Shown piece after piece: positions 1 through 9,100 of a stretch of DNA of 64,000 nucleotides (its first letter is position 1; each line of letters starts with the position of its first letter). The notes beneath the pieces were generated by a model. That model was not told the DNA's origin and searched no databases. It was given only the letters and a program-made list of their open reading frames with translations. Source of the DNA: an uncultured Acidobacteriota bacterium (GTDB lineage: Bacteria; Acidobacteriota; Thermoanaerobaculia; Thermoanaerobaculales; Sulfomarinibacteraceae); NCBI GenBank assembly GCA_963714745.1, contig CAVQPK010000002.1:2239531-2303530 (forward strand), in the 5' to 3' direction. A program made the translations under genes and the position numbers.

Positions 1-1061
1 GGGCAGAAGGTGCGTCCGTCGACGTAGACGGCGTGGCCGCCGAACGGGCGGACCACCGGAACACCGGCCTCGGCCAGCTGCCGGCCGAGGCGCTCCACCG
101 TCGCCACCCGCCAGGCCAGGTGGGCCTCGTCGAGCATCTCGTCGAGGGCCACCGCCATGCCCTCGAGGTCGCGCCCGGCGAGGCCGCCGGCGGTCGGGAT
201 GCCCTCCGAGACCAGCAGCCGGACCCGGATCAACTCGGCCCATTCGTCGTCGTCGATCGAGATCAGACCGCCGCAGTTGCCGAGCGCGTCCTTCTTGGCG
301 CTCATGAAGACCCCGTCGGCAAGGGCGAAGAGCTCGCGGGCGATCTCCCGCGGCGTACGCTGCTCCTGACCCGCCTCGCGGAGCTTGATCAGGTAGGCGT
401 TCTCGGCGGCCCGGGCGGCGTCGAGCAGGAGCTTCACATCCCGCGCCCGGCACAGCCCGGAGGCCGCGCGCAGGTTGGCGAGGCTGACCGGTTGGCCGCC
501 GCCGGAGTTGTCGGTGACGGTCAGCACGACGAAGGCGATCCGGTCTCGCCCGAGCCGGTCGAGGCTGCCTTCGAGGGCCGCGAGATCGACGTCGCCTTTG
601 AACGGGTGGGGGTCGAGGGGGTCGCGGCTGGCCGCGATCGGCAGGTCGTGCCCTTCGCCTCCGGCGGCCTCGATGTTGGCCCGTGTGGTCGCGAAGAGGG
701 TGTTGCCGAGCACCACCTGGCCGGGCCTGACCACCGCCGAGCACAGCAAATGCTCGGCCGCCCGGCCCTGGTGGCAGGGGATGACGTGGCGGTGGCCGAA
801 CAGGGCCCGCGCCGCGTCGGCGAACCGGTAGAACGACCGTGAGCCCGAGAAAGACTCGTCGGAGCCGTGCATCGCCGCCCACTGCGGGACCGACAGCGCC
901 GACACCCCGGAGTCGGTCACGAGGTCGATCAGCACCTGCTCGGAGCGGAGCAGGAAGGGGTTGTAGCCGGCCTCCCGGATCCAGCTCTCGCGTTCGGTGC
1001 GGGTCGACGGGGTGAGCGGCTCGACCACGCGGATCCGGTACGGCTCGAACTCGGGCTCCAC
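1..1061 (-). CDS. Beta-eliminating lyase family protein (tryptophanase / tyrosine phenol-lyase-like); its 3' end runs off the window
   Basis: Absent from the ORF track because it is open at the window edge. Manual minus-strand translation from GTG at 1061 (GGGAGG 6 nt upstream) gives 'VEPEFEPYRIRVVEPL...LIDLVTDSGVSALSVPQWAAM...FMSAKKDALGNCGGL'. The PLP-lysine SAKKD motif lies near 290-305, in frame with 1061. The listed 33..842(+) ORF is its antisense shadow. Confidence 0.8.
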   Translation of the reverse strand, partial: MEPEFEPYRIRVVEPLTPSTRTERESWIREAGYNPFLLRSEQVLIDLVTDSGVSALSVPQWAAMHGSDESFSGSRSFYRFADAARALFGHRHVIPCHQGRAAEHLLCSAVVRPGQVVLGNTLFATTRANIEAAGGEGHDLPIAASRDPLDPHPFKGDVDLAALEGSLDRLGRDRIAFVVLTVTDNSGGGQPVSLANLRAASGLCRARDVKLLLDAARAAENAYLIKLREAGQEQRTPREIARELFALADGVFMSAKKDALGNCGGLISIDDDEWAELIRVRLLVSEGIPTAGGLAGRDLEGMAVALDEMLDEAHLAWRVATVERLGRQLAEAGVPVVRPFGGHAVYVDGRTFC

Positions 1062-1287
1062 CGCGACCTCCCTGTGCCTGCTGTCCTCACCGGTGTGACG
1101 CCGGCGGATTCGCAGCTGTCATCCCGGTGAGAAGCGTGGGCTCGGCACCACGCTCCGGTCGGAGAGTGTACCGCCACAGCCCACACGTGGAGTCAATCCC
1201 GACCGAAGTGCATCGCACAGCTCGACCTCTCACCCGGAGTGGTCGAGTCATCCGGGCTGAGGGTGCGGCCAGGCGCGCAGTCGCCGG

Positions 1288-1497
1288 TCAGTCGAGGCGC
1301 AGGGCCTCGAGCAGCTCGTCCTCGCGCAGCGCGAGCTCGTCGAACGGAATCGCCGAGCCGCAGTGGGGGCAGCGCACGCTGCGTCCCAGGGCCCTGTCCA
1401 GCGCCGGGGAGCGGTCGGCGATCTCCGCGTCACTCCCGGTGAATCCCTCGCCGCAGCGAGGGCAGAGGATCTCGACACGATCGACGGACGGGTCCAT
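1288..1497 (-). CDS. Small zinc-ribbon protein (69 aa, two CxxC pairs)
   Basis: Internal Met50 of ORF 1288..1644, preceded by GGGAGGGAGG. Sequence: 'MDPSVDRVEILCPRCGEGF...VRCPHCGSAIPF'. The upstream part of the listed ORF does not look like protein. Confidence 0.55.
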   Translation of the reverse strand: MDPSVDRVEILCPRCGEGFTGSDAEIADRSPALDRALGRSVRCPHCGSAIPFDELALREDELLEALRLD

Positions 1498-1594
1498 GGT
1501 GCCTCCCTCCCGGACCGGACCACGGTCTGCGTCGTTTGCCCCTGCATGCAATGTAGGGCGCGGGGAGGGGCTGTGCACGGATACACTTGGCGGG

Positions 1595-2326
1595 ATGGTG
1601 GAAAACAGGCAGCTCCCGCTCGCGGTGCGCGTCTTCATGGCCACCTACCGGTGGCGGCGGGTGCACCCGGTGCCGGTCGCCCGCCGGGCCGGGTCGCTGC
1701 GCGAGTCCCGGGTCGCACTGGTGTCGACGGCCGGCCTGGTCGTTCCCGGGGATCCGCCCTTCGACCAGGACGTCCGCGGCGGCGACTGGAGCTGGCGGGT
1801 GATTCCTGCCGACGCCGACGTGCAGTCGCTCGAGGAGCACCACCGGTCGGCGGCCTTCGACCACTCGGGCATCGAGGCCGACCGCGAGCTGGCGATGCCG
1901 ATCGGCCGGCTGCGAGAGCTTGCCGAGACCGGCGAGATCGGTGCGGTGGCGCCGCGGCACGCCTCGCTGATGGGCTCGATCACGGCGCCCGGCAGGCTGC
2001 AGCGCGACACGCTGCCGGCGATCGCCGACGCGCTGGTGTCGGACCGCGTGGACATCGCCCTGCTGGTCCCCGTGTGACCGGTCTGCCACCAGACGGCCGG
2101 TCTGGCCGCCGCCGAGCTGGAGCGCCGAGGCATCGTGACCACCACCATCACCATGCTGCCCGCAGTGACCGCGAAGGTGCGTCCGCCGCGGTCGCTCGAG
2201 GTGCCGTGGCCGCTCGGGTTCCCGCTCGGAAGGCCCCGCGACTCCGAGCTCCAGAGGCTGGTCATCCGCGCCGCCCTCGCGCTCACCGACCGCACCGACG
2301 TCCCGTTCATCGCACCGTTCTGGTGA
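1595..2326 (+). CDS. GrdB-like (glycine/sarcosine/betaine reductase selenoprotein B family) selenoprotein with in-frame UGA at 2075-2077
   Basis: ORFs 1127..2077 and 2135..2326 are in the same frame and are separated only by TGA 2075-2077. Read-through gives '...RVDIALLVPV-U-PVCHQTAGLAAAELERRGIVTTTITMLPAV...PFIAPFW'. The start is taken at Met157 of the first ORF (ATG 1595); upstream of that the ORF is Arg/Ser-rich junk. A U-x-x-C redox motif and a stem-loop sit just downstream. Confidence 0.75.
2089..2105 (+). promoter_or_regulatory. Candidate bacterial SECIS-like stem-loop downstream of UGA 2075-2077
   Basis: 'CCAGAC-GGCCG-GTCTGG' forms a 6-bp stem with a 5-nt G-rich loop, starting 11 nt after the UGA. 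A competing 5-bp hairpin exists at 2081-2094 (GTCTG/CAGAC). No covariance model was run. Confidence 0.35.
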
Positions 2327-2376
2327 CCGGGATCCGGGCCTCGTCGTCTGCCGGCTGTGGGTGGTGCGGTCGGTGG

Positions 2377-3678
2377 TCAGGCCTCGAGGGCCGCGCCGCG
2401 GCCGGCCGACTCGATCCCGGATCGCATCGCCGCCAGGAAGCGGGAGCGCAGCAGGTCGCTCATCAGCGCCGCCTTGACCGGCGGCAGCCTCAGGAAGCCG
2501 CCGACCAGTGCCCGCATCGCCCTGTGGTCGAGCCGCTCGGGGTGGTCGAAGAGCTGGTACTGCAGGGTGCCCCGCTCGAGGCACTGGAGGAGCACCCGCT
2601 CGAAGCTGGTCTCGGGGTGGAGGACTCGCTGGCCGCGGTCGGCGAGCCGGAGGGCGCCCGACGGGCAGGCGAGCGCGCACACCCCGCAACCCAGGCACAG
2701 CCCCTGGTCGAGCGTCGGCGGCGTCGGGGCGGCCTCGGCCCGGCCCACCCGGGCGCCCGACAGGGCATCCACCGGGCACGCCTTCGCGCACTTCCCGCAG
2801 CCGAGGCAGGTCGCCGCGTCGACGGCGGCGATCAGGGTCGAGGTCACGATGGTGTTGGGGTAGCCGAACCGGGTCACACCCTGGATGAGGTGGCAGCAGC
2901 AGCTGCAGCAGTGACACACGAAGCCGACCTGACGCTGCACGTTGTCGGCGCTCATGACCAGCTTCTGCTCGCGCGAGCGGGCGAAGAGGTCCTCCATTTC
3001 GGTTCGCTCCACCGACCGGGCCATGCCGTGGCGGACGAGGAAGTCGGCCCCCCGGTCGAAGCTGGTGCAGACCGCGAGGCTGCCCTCGCAGCTCCGTTCG
3101 CCGCGGTGCTCGGCCGAGTGGCGGCAGGCGCACAGGCCGACCGCGAAACGGCTCGCCGTGCCGAGCACCGCCGAGGCGCGCTCGTAGTCGAGGATCTCGA
3201 CGTGGTCGGCCTCGGTTCCTTCGTGGGGCAGGGCGCGGACGATGAAGACCTGCTGCCCCCGGCCCAGGTTCGCCTTCATGAAGCGGCCCTCGTCGAGGTA
3301 CTCGTGGAACAGGTGGGCGAGGGTCGCGGAGTCGACGTCCGGCCCGGTCCGCATGAGGGCGAACTCGAACAGGCCGACCACCATCGGGCTCGGCATGTAG
3401 AGCCGGCGGCCGCCGAGCTCGACGTCGAGCACCAGGCCCTTGTCCGCGAGCCGGTCGAGGCGGTCGGTGGTCTCCGCCCGGTCGGCGCCCACGGTCCGGG
3501 CGACCCGGCCCGCTGAGGCCAGCGAGTACGGCATCCGGGCGTAGAGGTCGGCCTCCTCGGCGGTGAAGAGCTCGCCGAGCACCCGCCGCAGGGCCTCGGA
3601 CCAGGGTGCGCGAACGCTCAGCCGGTCGAGCTTGTCACCGGCGGCGCGGAGGACGTCTTTGGCCGCGAGATGTCCCAT
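2377..3678 (-). CDS. 4Fe-4S dicluster domain protein with a winged-helix-like N-terminal region and a CHCCSCCC cysteine cluster
   Basis: Full listed ORF (433 aa). Motifs: 'CLGCGKCAKACPVDAL', 'CLGCGVCALACPSGAL', 'FVCHCCSCCCHL'. The N-terminus 'LASAGRVARTVGADRAETTDRLDRLADKGLVL' resembles an HTH. Confidence 0.85.
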   Translation of the reverse strand: MGHLAAKDVLRAAGDKLDRLSVRAPWSEALRRVLGELFTAEEADLYARMPYSLASAGRVARTVGADRAETTDRLDRLADKGLVLDVELGGRRLYMPSPMVVGLFEFALMRTGPDVDSATLAHLFHEYLDEGRFMKANLGRGQQVFIVRALPHEGTEADHVEILDYERASAVLGTASRFAVGLCACRHSAEHRGERSCEGSLAVCTSFDRGADFLVRHGMARSVERTEMEDLFARSREQKLVMSADNVQRQVGFVCHCCSCCCHLIQGVTRFGYPNTIVTSTLIAAVDAATCLGCGKCAKACPVDALSGARVGRAEAAPTPPTLDQGLCLGCGVCALACPSGALRLADRGQRVLHPETSFERVLLQCLERGTLQYQLFDHPERLDHRAMRALVGGFLRLPPVKAALMSDLLRSRFLAAMRSGIESAGRGAALEA

Positions 3679-3745
3679 CGCCTCATCTTACGCCACCGCG
3701 GCCGGGGCGGGTCCACGACCCGGCGCGAGCTGGCTCGAGGCCACG

Positions 3746-3774
3746 TTGCGGAAAAAGGCGGCCCCGGCTAGCCT
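3746..3774 (+). promoter_or_regulatory. Candidate sigma70-like promoter giving a near-leaderless transcript for CDS 3781
   Basis: TTGCGG (3746-3751), a 17-nt spacer, TAGCCT (3769-3774), then GTG 3781 six nt later. There is no SD between them. Confidence 0.25.
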
Positions 3775-3780
3775 CGTAGG

Positions 3781-4887
3781 GTGCTCCTGACGCCGAGGTC
3801 CACGGTCGGCAGGGCGGCTTGGCTGCTGCTGCTCGCGCTGCTGGCCCGGGATGGTCTCGCCCAGTCGCCGTCGCCGCCCGAGGTCGAGGGGACGACGCCC
3901 GCGGCCCCGACCGGAGACAGCCAGGCGGAGCCCGCCGCAGAGGCCGACCCCTGTGCGGCGCCGCTGATCGAGGGCGGCCAGTGGATCGACCTGACGCGGG
4001 ACCGTCTGTTCCGAAGCGTGTGCGTGTCGGCGCGCTGGTTCGACGGGTTCTTCGGCGACGCCCGCTTCGATCACCAGATCACCTCGACGCTGTTCGGCCG
4101 CGCCGGCCTCGGGCTGTGGTGGAGCGAGCACGACCGGTATGAGGTTCCGAGCGATTTCCGCGCCAACATTCCCCTGCCCAACCTGCACGAACGATTCGAC
4201 GTCACCGTTGCCCGAGAGAACGAGGACGAGTTCGTCGAAGGACGCCTCGAGGGCCGCAACGTCGCTCCCGATTTCGTGACCGCCACCGAGGGCCAGGCGT
4301 GGCTCGCAGGACTGGGCTACACCCCGATCGCGGGGCGGAACAGCCGGATGCGCTACTCGGTTGGCGTCCGGCTGACCTGGCCGCCCGCTCCCTTCGTCCA
4401 GGCACGGTACGGGTACTACCATTTCTTCTCCCACCGCTCCGCCCTCAGGTTGCGGGAGACCGCTTTCTGGCGTCTCGACGACGGTTTCGGAGCCACGACC
4501 GCAGCCGAGCTCGAGCACCTTCTCGGCCCGACCCGCTTCGTCCGCTGGTCGAACGTCGCCACCGTCTCGGAGGCCTCCCGGGGGATCCGGTGGCGTTCGG
4601 ACGTGACTCTCTACCAGGATCTCCCCGGGCCGCGGGCCCTCGCGTACACGGTCCTGGTCAGGGGCGAGACCGACGCCCCGGTGCCGCTCGAGCGCTGGTC
4701 GTTGCGCACGGTGATCCGGCAGCAGATGCTGCGCGAGTGGTTCTTCGTCGAGCTGGGCGCCGGGGTCTCGTGGCCGCGCAGGCGAGTGGACGACCCCCGC
4801 ACGCCGTCGTGGGGCGTCGGCATCCGGTTCGAGGTCTTCTTCGGCCAGTGGCCCGACGGGCCGCTGCCGGGCGGAGGCTTCGACTGA
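3781..4887 (+). CDS. Secreted hypothetical protein (signal peptide; beta-rich, outer-membrane-like)
   Basis: Full listed ORF. The N-terminus 'RAAWLLLLALLARDGLAQSP' looks like a signal peptide. The remainder is rich in aromatic/Arg/Gly alternation. No family recognised. Confidence 0.7.
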   Translation: MLLTPRSTVGRAAWLLLLALLARDGLAQSPSPPEVEGTTPAAPTGDSQAEPAAEADPCAAPLIEGGQWIDLTRDRLFRSVCVSARWFDGFFGDARFDHQITSTLFGRAGLGLWWSEHDRYEVPSDFRANIPLPNLHERFDVTVARENEDEFVEGRLEGRNVAPDFVTATEGQAWLAGLGYTPIAGRNSRMRYSVGVRLTWPPAPFVQARYGYYHFFSHRSALRLRETAFWRLDDGFGATTAAELEHLLGPTRFVRWSNVATVSEASRGIRWRSDVTLYQDLPGPRALAYTVLVRGETDAPVPLERWSLRTVIRQQMLREWFFVELGAGVSWPRRRVDDPRTPSWGVGIRFEVFFGQWPDGPLPGGGFD

Positions 4888-4890
4888 CCG

Positions 4891-6132
4891 TCAGCCGATC
4901 CGGTCCGCCAGGTAGTGCACGAGGTCGCTCATGCGCTGGGTGTAGGACCCGTGCTCGTTGTCGTACCAGCCGAAGACCTTGAGGTGGGTGACCGGGATCT
5001 CGATCACCCGCTTTTCCGGCGGCAGGTCCGGCAGCAGGGCGAGCTCGCCGAGGTCGACCCGGGTGAAGCCGGTCCGGGCGTGGGTCTCGTGGCCCTCGAT
5101 GACCACCGCGGACCGCTCGGCGATCATGTCGGTCGACACGTTCTGGCGGTCGGAGAGCACCACCCCCGAGCCAAGCGCCTGCGCGTAGTCGCGGTAGATC
5201 CCGTTGACCGTCTCGCGGTTGATCAGCGAGTCGCCGTTGTCATCCAGCTTCGACTGGAAGGTGCAGTTGAGGATGATCAGCGACGCGGTCGAGATCGGCA
5301 CGCGCACCGAGTCGGCGAGGAAGCCGATGGTCGCGATCTCGGGGATCACCGACTCGAGGGCGCGGGCCGCGTTGGTCGAGGTGAGGATGATGTTGTTGAG
5401 CACCGAGCGGGTCTTGCGGAGGTCCTTGGCGCCCGCCTTGGGGACCTTGTCGAGCACGCTCTGGCTGTTGGTCGCGGCGTGCACGGTGGACATCGAGGCG
5501 GTCAGCATGACGTGGGTCAGGTCGTGGCGCAGCAGCGGCAGCAGCATGTGGGCGAGCGCGGTGGTGGTGCACGAGGCCGCCGACACCAGGCAGTGCCGGC
5601 CGGGGTCGAAGCGCTCGTGGTTGATGCCGTAGATCAGCATCACGCTGTCGTCCTCGAGCCGGCGGCTGCCGTCCTTGGTCTTGAAGGCCGACGACGCCAC
5701 CACCACCTGGGCGCCGGCCTCGAGGTGACCCTGGAGGCTGCCGCCCGGGTGGGTGGACGGCAGGGTGGGGTCGAGGTAGGTGCCCGTGGTGTCCACCACC
5801 AGCCGCGCGCCGTGCTCCCGCCAGCCGATGTCCTTGGGGTCCCGGTGCTCGGTCAGCAGCTGGACCTCGATCCCGTCGATCTCGAGCGTTGCGCGGTCGC
5901 GGTCGACGACCCGGATCGGGTCCTCGGTCCCCGAGAATCCCTTCAGGAAGCGCCCGATGCGCCCGTAGGTGCTGTCGTGACCGAGATAGTGGACGAGGTC
6001 GTCGAGCGACCTCCCGACCTGGCGGCCGGTGTGCACGACCAGCCGGCCGAAGCGCCGCGAGCCCACCTCGTGCCAGACCGTCAGCTTGCCGATCCGCCCG
6101 AGCCCGTTGATGCCCAGAGTGGTTCCGTCCAT
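4891..6132 (-). CDS. Glyceraldehyde-3-phosphate dehydrogenase-like protein (divergent, about 413 aa)
   Basis: Motifs: 'INGLGRIGK', 'SAASCTTTALAHML' (catalytic Cys context), 'FGWYDNEHGSY'. The start is taken at ATG 6132 because AAGGAG lies 6 nt upstream. The track start, GTG 6147, overlaps the upstream stop. Confidence 0.85.
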   Translation of the reverse strand: MDGTTLGINGLGRIGKLTVWHEVGSRRFGRLVVHTGRQVGRSLDDLVHYLGHDSTYGRIGRFLKGFSGTEDPIRVVDRDRATLEIDGIEVQLLTEHRDPKDIGWREHGARLVVDTTGTYLDPTLPSTHPGGSLQGHLEAGAQVVVASSAFKTKDGSRRLEDDSVMLIYGINHERFDPGRHCLVSAASCTTTALAHMLLPLLRHDLTHVMLTASMSTVHAATNSQSVLDKVPKAGAKDLRKTRSVLNNIILTSTNAARALESVIPEIATIGFLADSVRVPISTASLIILNCTFQSKLDDNGDSLINRETVNGIYRDYAQALGSGVVLSDRQNVSTDMIAERSAVVIEGHETHARTGFTRVDLGELALLPDLPPEKRVIEIPVTHLKVFGWYDNEHGSYTQRMSDLVHYLADRIG

Positions 6133-6143
6133 GGCGCGCTCCT

Positions 6144-9100
6144 TCACGTCAGACGATAGGGCAGTGCCGATGTCGTGACCTCGTGCTCACCGAGGGAGAC
6201 GGTGCCTTGATAGCCGTCGATCGAGATCACCTCGCCGGGCGCCAGCGTGCGGTCACCGATGCGCGCCGAGCGCTCGCTCTCGGAGACGTCGAGACCCGAG
6301 CAGTTCACCACGCAGCAGATGCCGAGCCGTTTGGCGGTGACCGCGGCGTGGGAGGTGAAGCCGCCGCGGGCGGTGAGCAGCCCGTCGACGGCCACCACCA
6401 GCTGGATGTCCTCCGGAACGGTGTCGGGCCGCAGCAGGATCACCTTTTCGCCCGGGTGGGCGCCGCGCAGCGCGAGCACGTCGTCGCGGGTGAAGGCGAC
6501 CCGGCCCACCATCGCTCCGCCGGCGACGCCGATGCCGGTTCCCAGCAGGTGGTCTCGCATGGTGGCGGGGCGCGCGAAGACCTGGACCTCGTGCTGCCGC
6601 ACGAGGCGCATCGGGCGCACCTGGAGGAGGTGGAGGCCGGCGGCATCCGGCGACTCGAAGGTGAACTCGATCTCCTGGTGCTCGTAACCGTGCTCGTTCA
6701 CCAGCAGCGACGCGATCTGGAGCAGCCGGTCGAAGACGTCGGGGAACGCCAGCTCGAGCGACATGTCGAGGTGGGGCGAGTACTCCTGGCGCTGTTTCTC
6801 GCTGACCGGGTACGGCCGCACCAGGCCACCGACCACGTCCTCGCCCTGCGATCGCAGCGTGAAGTCGCCGAACAGCCCGATGCCGGTGGTGGAGGTGCGC
6901 GGGTTGCGGGTGAAGGTGACGCCGGACCCCGACTCGTCGCCGAGGTTGCCGAACTTCATCTCCTGGACGATGACCGCGGTGCCCCAGTCGTCGGAGGTGC
7001 CCACCTGAGTGCGGAAAAGCCTGGCGGGCTCCGACTGCCACGATGCCGTCACCAGCCGGATGGCTTGCGCGAGCTGCTCGTCCGGCTGGTCGTGGAGCTC
7101 GATCTGGTGCTCCTCGCCGATCTTCCGGTAGGCGAGCGTCATCTCGCGCATCTGCTCGGCGGTGAACGCGGTCTTGCGTCCCACCCCGTGTCGGTCCTTG
7201 AACCGCTGCATCACATCGTCGAAGACGTCGCGCGGCACGCCCTGGGCCATCGCCACGTTCTGCAGGTACCGGCGGTAGCAGTCCCAGGCCCCCCATGCCG
7301 GGTGGCCGGCGCGGATCATGCCTTCGACGACCTTCGGGTCGAGCCCGACGTTGAGGATGGTGAGCATCATGCCCGGCATCGAGAAGGCCGAGCCCGATCG
7401 AACCGAGAGCACGAGGGGGTGGTCGGGATCGCCGAGGTGGCGTCCGGTGGCGAGCTCGACCCGCCGCACCGCGTCGATCAACCGCTCCCGGGTGTCGGCG
7501 GCGACATCCTGGTCCCCGAGCGCCTCCTCGAGGTGGTACAGCTCGGTCGAGATCACGAATCCCGGGGGAACCGGCAGACCGATTTCGGCCAGGCGCTTGA
7601 GGGAGAAACCCTTGTAGCCGAGGCTGAGCTGGTCCTCGTGCGGCTCGACCGGGTCGTGGAGGTGGCTCACGAGCCGGGACGGGGTGTAACCGAGCACCGC
7701 GCCGCAGGCCCGCTGCGAGAGGTTGGCGGTCATCCGCCGCAGGGTGCGCAGGATGCGGCGCAGGAAGACGTCCATCTCCTGGATCGCGTAGGTCGACGCG
7801 ATCAGCGCCCGGAACAGCTCCTCGCTGACGCGGTCGGCCGCCGGACCGCCGCGGGCGCCGTCGCGGGCGGCGAGCTGGCCCGCCATGCGCCGCAGGTTCG
7901 GGTTGTGAAGCGAGAGGTAGTTGGTCTCGACAACGCCGTTGAGCGCTTCGGACATGAAGTCGAAGACGTTGAGGTACTGCTCGGCCGAGAGGTTGCCGAG
8001 GGCGAGGGCGCGGCCGAGCAGGTCGAGCTTGGTGGACAGGTGGTGCACCCTGAGGCCCGCGATCCGGAGCCCCGCCAGCATCTGCTCGAGGATGGCGTGG
8101 GCGTCGCGGATCGACTGCCGGGTCATGTAGCGGTAGTTGAACTCGGCGACCAAGGCCTCGAGATGGGGTCTGACCAGCTTCATGGTGCGGATCATCAGCC
8201 CCATGGCGTCGAACTTCGGCTCGCGGTAGGTGCCGTACATCGACGGGATTCCGGCCGCGATGTGGCGCTTGTGGAAGATGTTCTCCTCGGCCTCGGTGAC
8301 CGCGGTGTCGACGATGGTCTGCTTGAGCTCGGCGAGCACCCGGTTTCCGGCGCGCACGATCTCGAGGTGGTCGTCGCCCAGGCATGCGGCGACGAAGTGC
8401 GATCGGACCTCCACCGAGACCAGCGGCGAGCCGTCGAGCATGGTCAGCAGCTGATCGGGGGAGTGGGTGTACTTCGCCTCGAGCAGTCGAGCGAGCCGGA
8501 CCAGGAGCGCGGCCCGCTCGCGGTCGATCTCGCCCACGCCGGCGATCGCCGCGATGAGACGCTCGAGCTCCTGCTGGTCGACAGAGTCCAGCGACTCCTC
8601 CGTGATCCCGGCCTGGCGCTCGAGTGCGACGGCGATGCGGTTCATGTCGCGAAACCACTCGACGTCGGGGTCGAGCCGGGCCAGGATGGTGGGCGGCAGG
8701 TAGCCGGAGAGGGGCAGCGAGTCCCCGGTCCGCCACCAGGACCAGACCGCGCGCGCGAAGCCGACCAGGCGGTTGTTGGACTCGGCGTGGGCCTGTTTGC
8801 GCAGGTAGTGGATGACCGGGTCCTGCCGCTGGCGGAGCTGGTCGATCCGGGTCGACACGTCGCGCAGCTCGCCCTCCGAGCCGACCTCGTTGAAGAAGAC
8901 CGGGAAGAACCCGACCAGCTGCATGATCAGGTTGAAGGCGTGAGCGATGTCGGCGTTGAGCAACGCCGAGATGTCGCGCTGGAAGAGGTCGGTGTCCGAC
9001 ACGAACACGCCGTGCAGGTGGAGGTTGATCACCAGCGCCGACAGCAGCTGCTCGTACTGGATCGGGTCGCTCTCGATGATCGCCAGCCAGGCCCGCACGC

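Noticed and set aside
1062-1287. A possible tnaC-like leader peptide upstream of the beta-eliminating lyase gene. The minus-strand uORF 'MTAANPPASHR*' ends about 27 nt before GTG 1061.
   Set aside because: It has no Trp codon and no resemblance to TnaC. It has no SD of its own. An 11-codon ORF in GC-rich sequence is expected by chance.
2075-2135. The alternative reading that 1127..2077 and 2135..2326 are two separate genes with a genuine stop at 2075.
   Set aside because: The second ORF has no SD. The 57 nt between them stay in frame with coding-like codons. The sequence across the TGA is a continuous conserved-looking motif (LVPV-U-PVC). I kept it as a selenoprotein, though this is unproven without homolog alignment.
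1363-3516. Long ORFs 1363..3516(+) at 717 aa and 1430..3133(-) at 567 aa across the selenoprotein / Fe-S region.
   Set aside because: These are low-complexity Arg/Pro/Gly translations. The alternative frames give a GrdB-like protein and a ferredoxin with canonical Cys motifs.
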